This document shows positions 63,273-64,000 of a stretch of 64,000 bases of DNA, piece after piece. Origin of the DNA: SAR324 cluster bacterium (lineage in GTDB: Bacteria; SAR324; XYD2-FULL-50-16); NCBI GenBank assembly GCA_028282885.1, contig JANQGX010000089.1, forward strand, positions 18,301-82,300, read 5' to 3'. Both the position numbers and the translations under genes were made by a program. Every line of letters begins with the position of its first letter. Within the stretch, counting starts at the first letter, position 1. The notes below the pieces were generated by a model. The model made no database searches. It saw nothing but the letters and a program-made list of their open reading frames with translations, and was not told the origin of the DNA.

Positions 63273-64000
63273 ATGAACCTGCAAGAAGAATTAACCTGGA
63301 TTTTTAGTCAACAGACCTCCGACCCCCTGAGATATGCTTTTCCCAAGAAACGAGTGGTACACCCATTTGTAAAAGGAATGGAACCGGTTTCAAACCCCCA
63401 TGATCAGTGGCAGGATTTGATATGTAGTCAAGATAGAAGCCCCAAACACATTGCTTACATCAACATTCCCTTCTGCCAAACACAATGTCTGTTTTGCGGG
63501 TTTTATCGTAATAACGCCAGGACCGGCCTGGAAAGTGAGTACATTGATTGTCTGATTAAGGAACTAAAGGAAGTTAAAAAAAACCATTTTCTGGAGAGAA
63601 GTCCACTGCAAGCAGTCTATATAGGCGGCGGGACACCTTCGTCCCTGAGTTCCGGGAATATTTTCCGATTGTTGGAGTCGATACATGAAAACCTGAATCT
63701 GGCCAATGATTGTGAACTCACGTTTGAATGCCGTTTATACGATTTTGACGACGATAAGATCCAGTCCTGTCTTGACGGCGGAGTCAACCGATTTTCCATA
63801 GGCGTGCAGAGTTTTAACACTCGCTGCCGCCAACTACTGGGCAGAATGCTTCCCGGGGATGAGATTGTTTCGCGGCTCAGCCACATTCAAAGCCAGGGTC
63901 AGGCCGCCTTGGCAATCGACCTGATGTATGGACTACCCGAGCAGACCATGGAGATTTGGGAAAAGGATCTGATGCGTGCAGCCCAATATGGATTGGATGG
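63273..64000 (+). CDS. hutW: Heme anaerobic-degradation radical SAM methyltransferase HutW/ChuW (3'-truncated; absent from ORF track)
   Basis: Manual translation gives MNLQEE...DPLRYAF...YINIPFCQTQCLFCGFY (CxxxCxxC), AVYIGGGTPS, LANDCELTFE, NRFSIGVQSF and IDLMYGLP. DPLRYAF and LANDCE favour HutW over HemN. Confidence 0.85.
   Translation, partial: MNLQEELTWIFSQQTSDPLRYAFPKKRVVHPFVKGMEPVSNPHDQWQDLICSQDRSPKHIAYINIPFCQTQCLFCGFYRNNARTGLESEYIDCLIKELKEVKKNHFLERSPLQAVYIGGGTPSSLSSGNIFRLLESIHENLNLANDCELTFECRLYDFDDDKIQSCLDGGVNRFSIGVQSFNTRCRQLLGRMLPGDEIVSRLSHIQSQGQAALAIDLMYGLPEQTMEIWEKDLMRAAQYGLD

Noticed and set aside
1-64000. Numerous 60-230 aa antisense or overlapping ORFs in the track (e.g. 42025..42720, 63617..63886)
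   Set aside because: They are shadow ORFs of well-supported genes on the other strand or frame.

Overview
Bacterial window dominated by signal-transduction genes. The gene content suggests a SAR324/deltaproteobacteria-like organism (inference only). No rRNA, tRNA or CRISPR array was seen. From left to right: (1) three tandem, recombined Ig-like/RCC1-repeat lipoprotein genes; (2) a methyltransferase and a glycosyltransferase; (3) a hybrid kinase and a sigma54 activator; (4) a ~28 kb plus-strand signalling run. That run comprises a solute-binding protein, HK-CheR-CheB-HK, a partner-switching trio, a cNMP-sensing CheA-like kinase, two paralogous unknown-domain+REC proteins, a TerB-TerB-DUF2225 protein and a divergent class I adenylate-cyclase-like enzyme. 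It ends in a relic absent from the ORF track that joins a CASTOR/POLLUX-like channel N-terminus to an HD-GYP C-terminus. Further on: (5) two HisKA_2 kinases and a tandem SBP; (6) a dead IS200 tnpA; (7) an acyl-CoA dehydrogenase flanked by two DUF2231-like membrane proteins; (8) a CheB/CheR-PAS-HK-HD-GYP cluster; (9) an AI-2E transporter; (10) a Mu Com-like zinc-ribbon leader gene with a hairpin and a Com-like repeat motif ahead of a truncated hutW/chuW. The best candidates for an undescribed system are the cyclase/cNMP-CheA/partner-switch operon, the Com-leader-hutW module and the DUF2231-ACAD-DUF2231 operon. All family assignments come from motif recognition by eye, not database searches.
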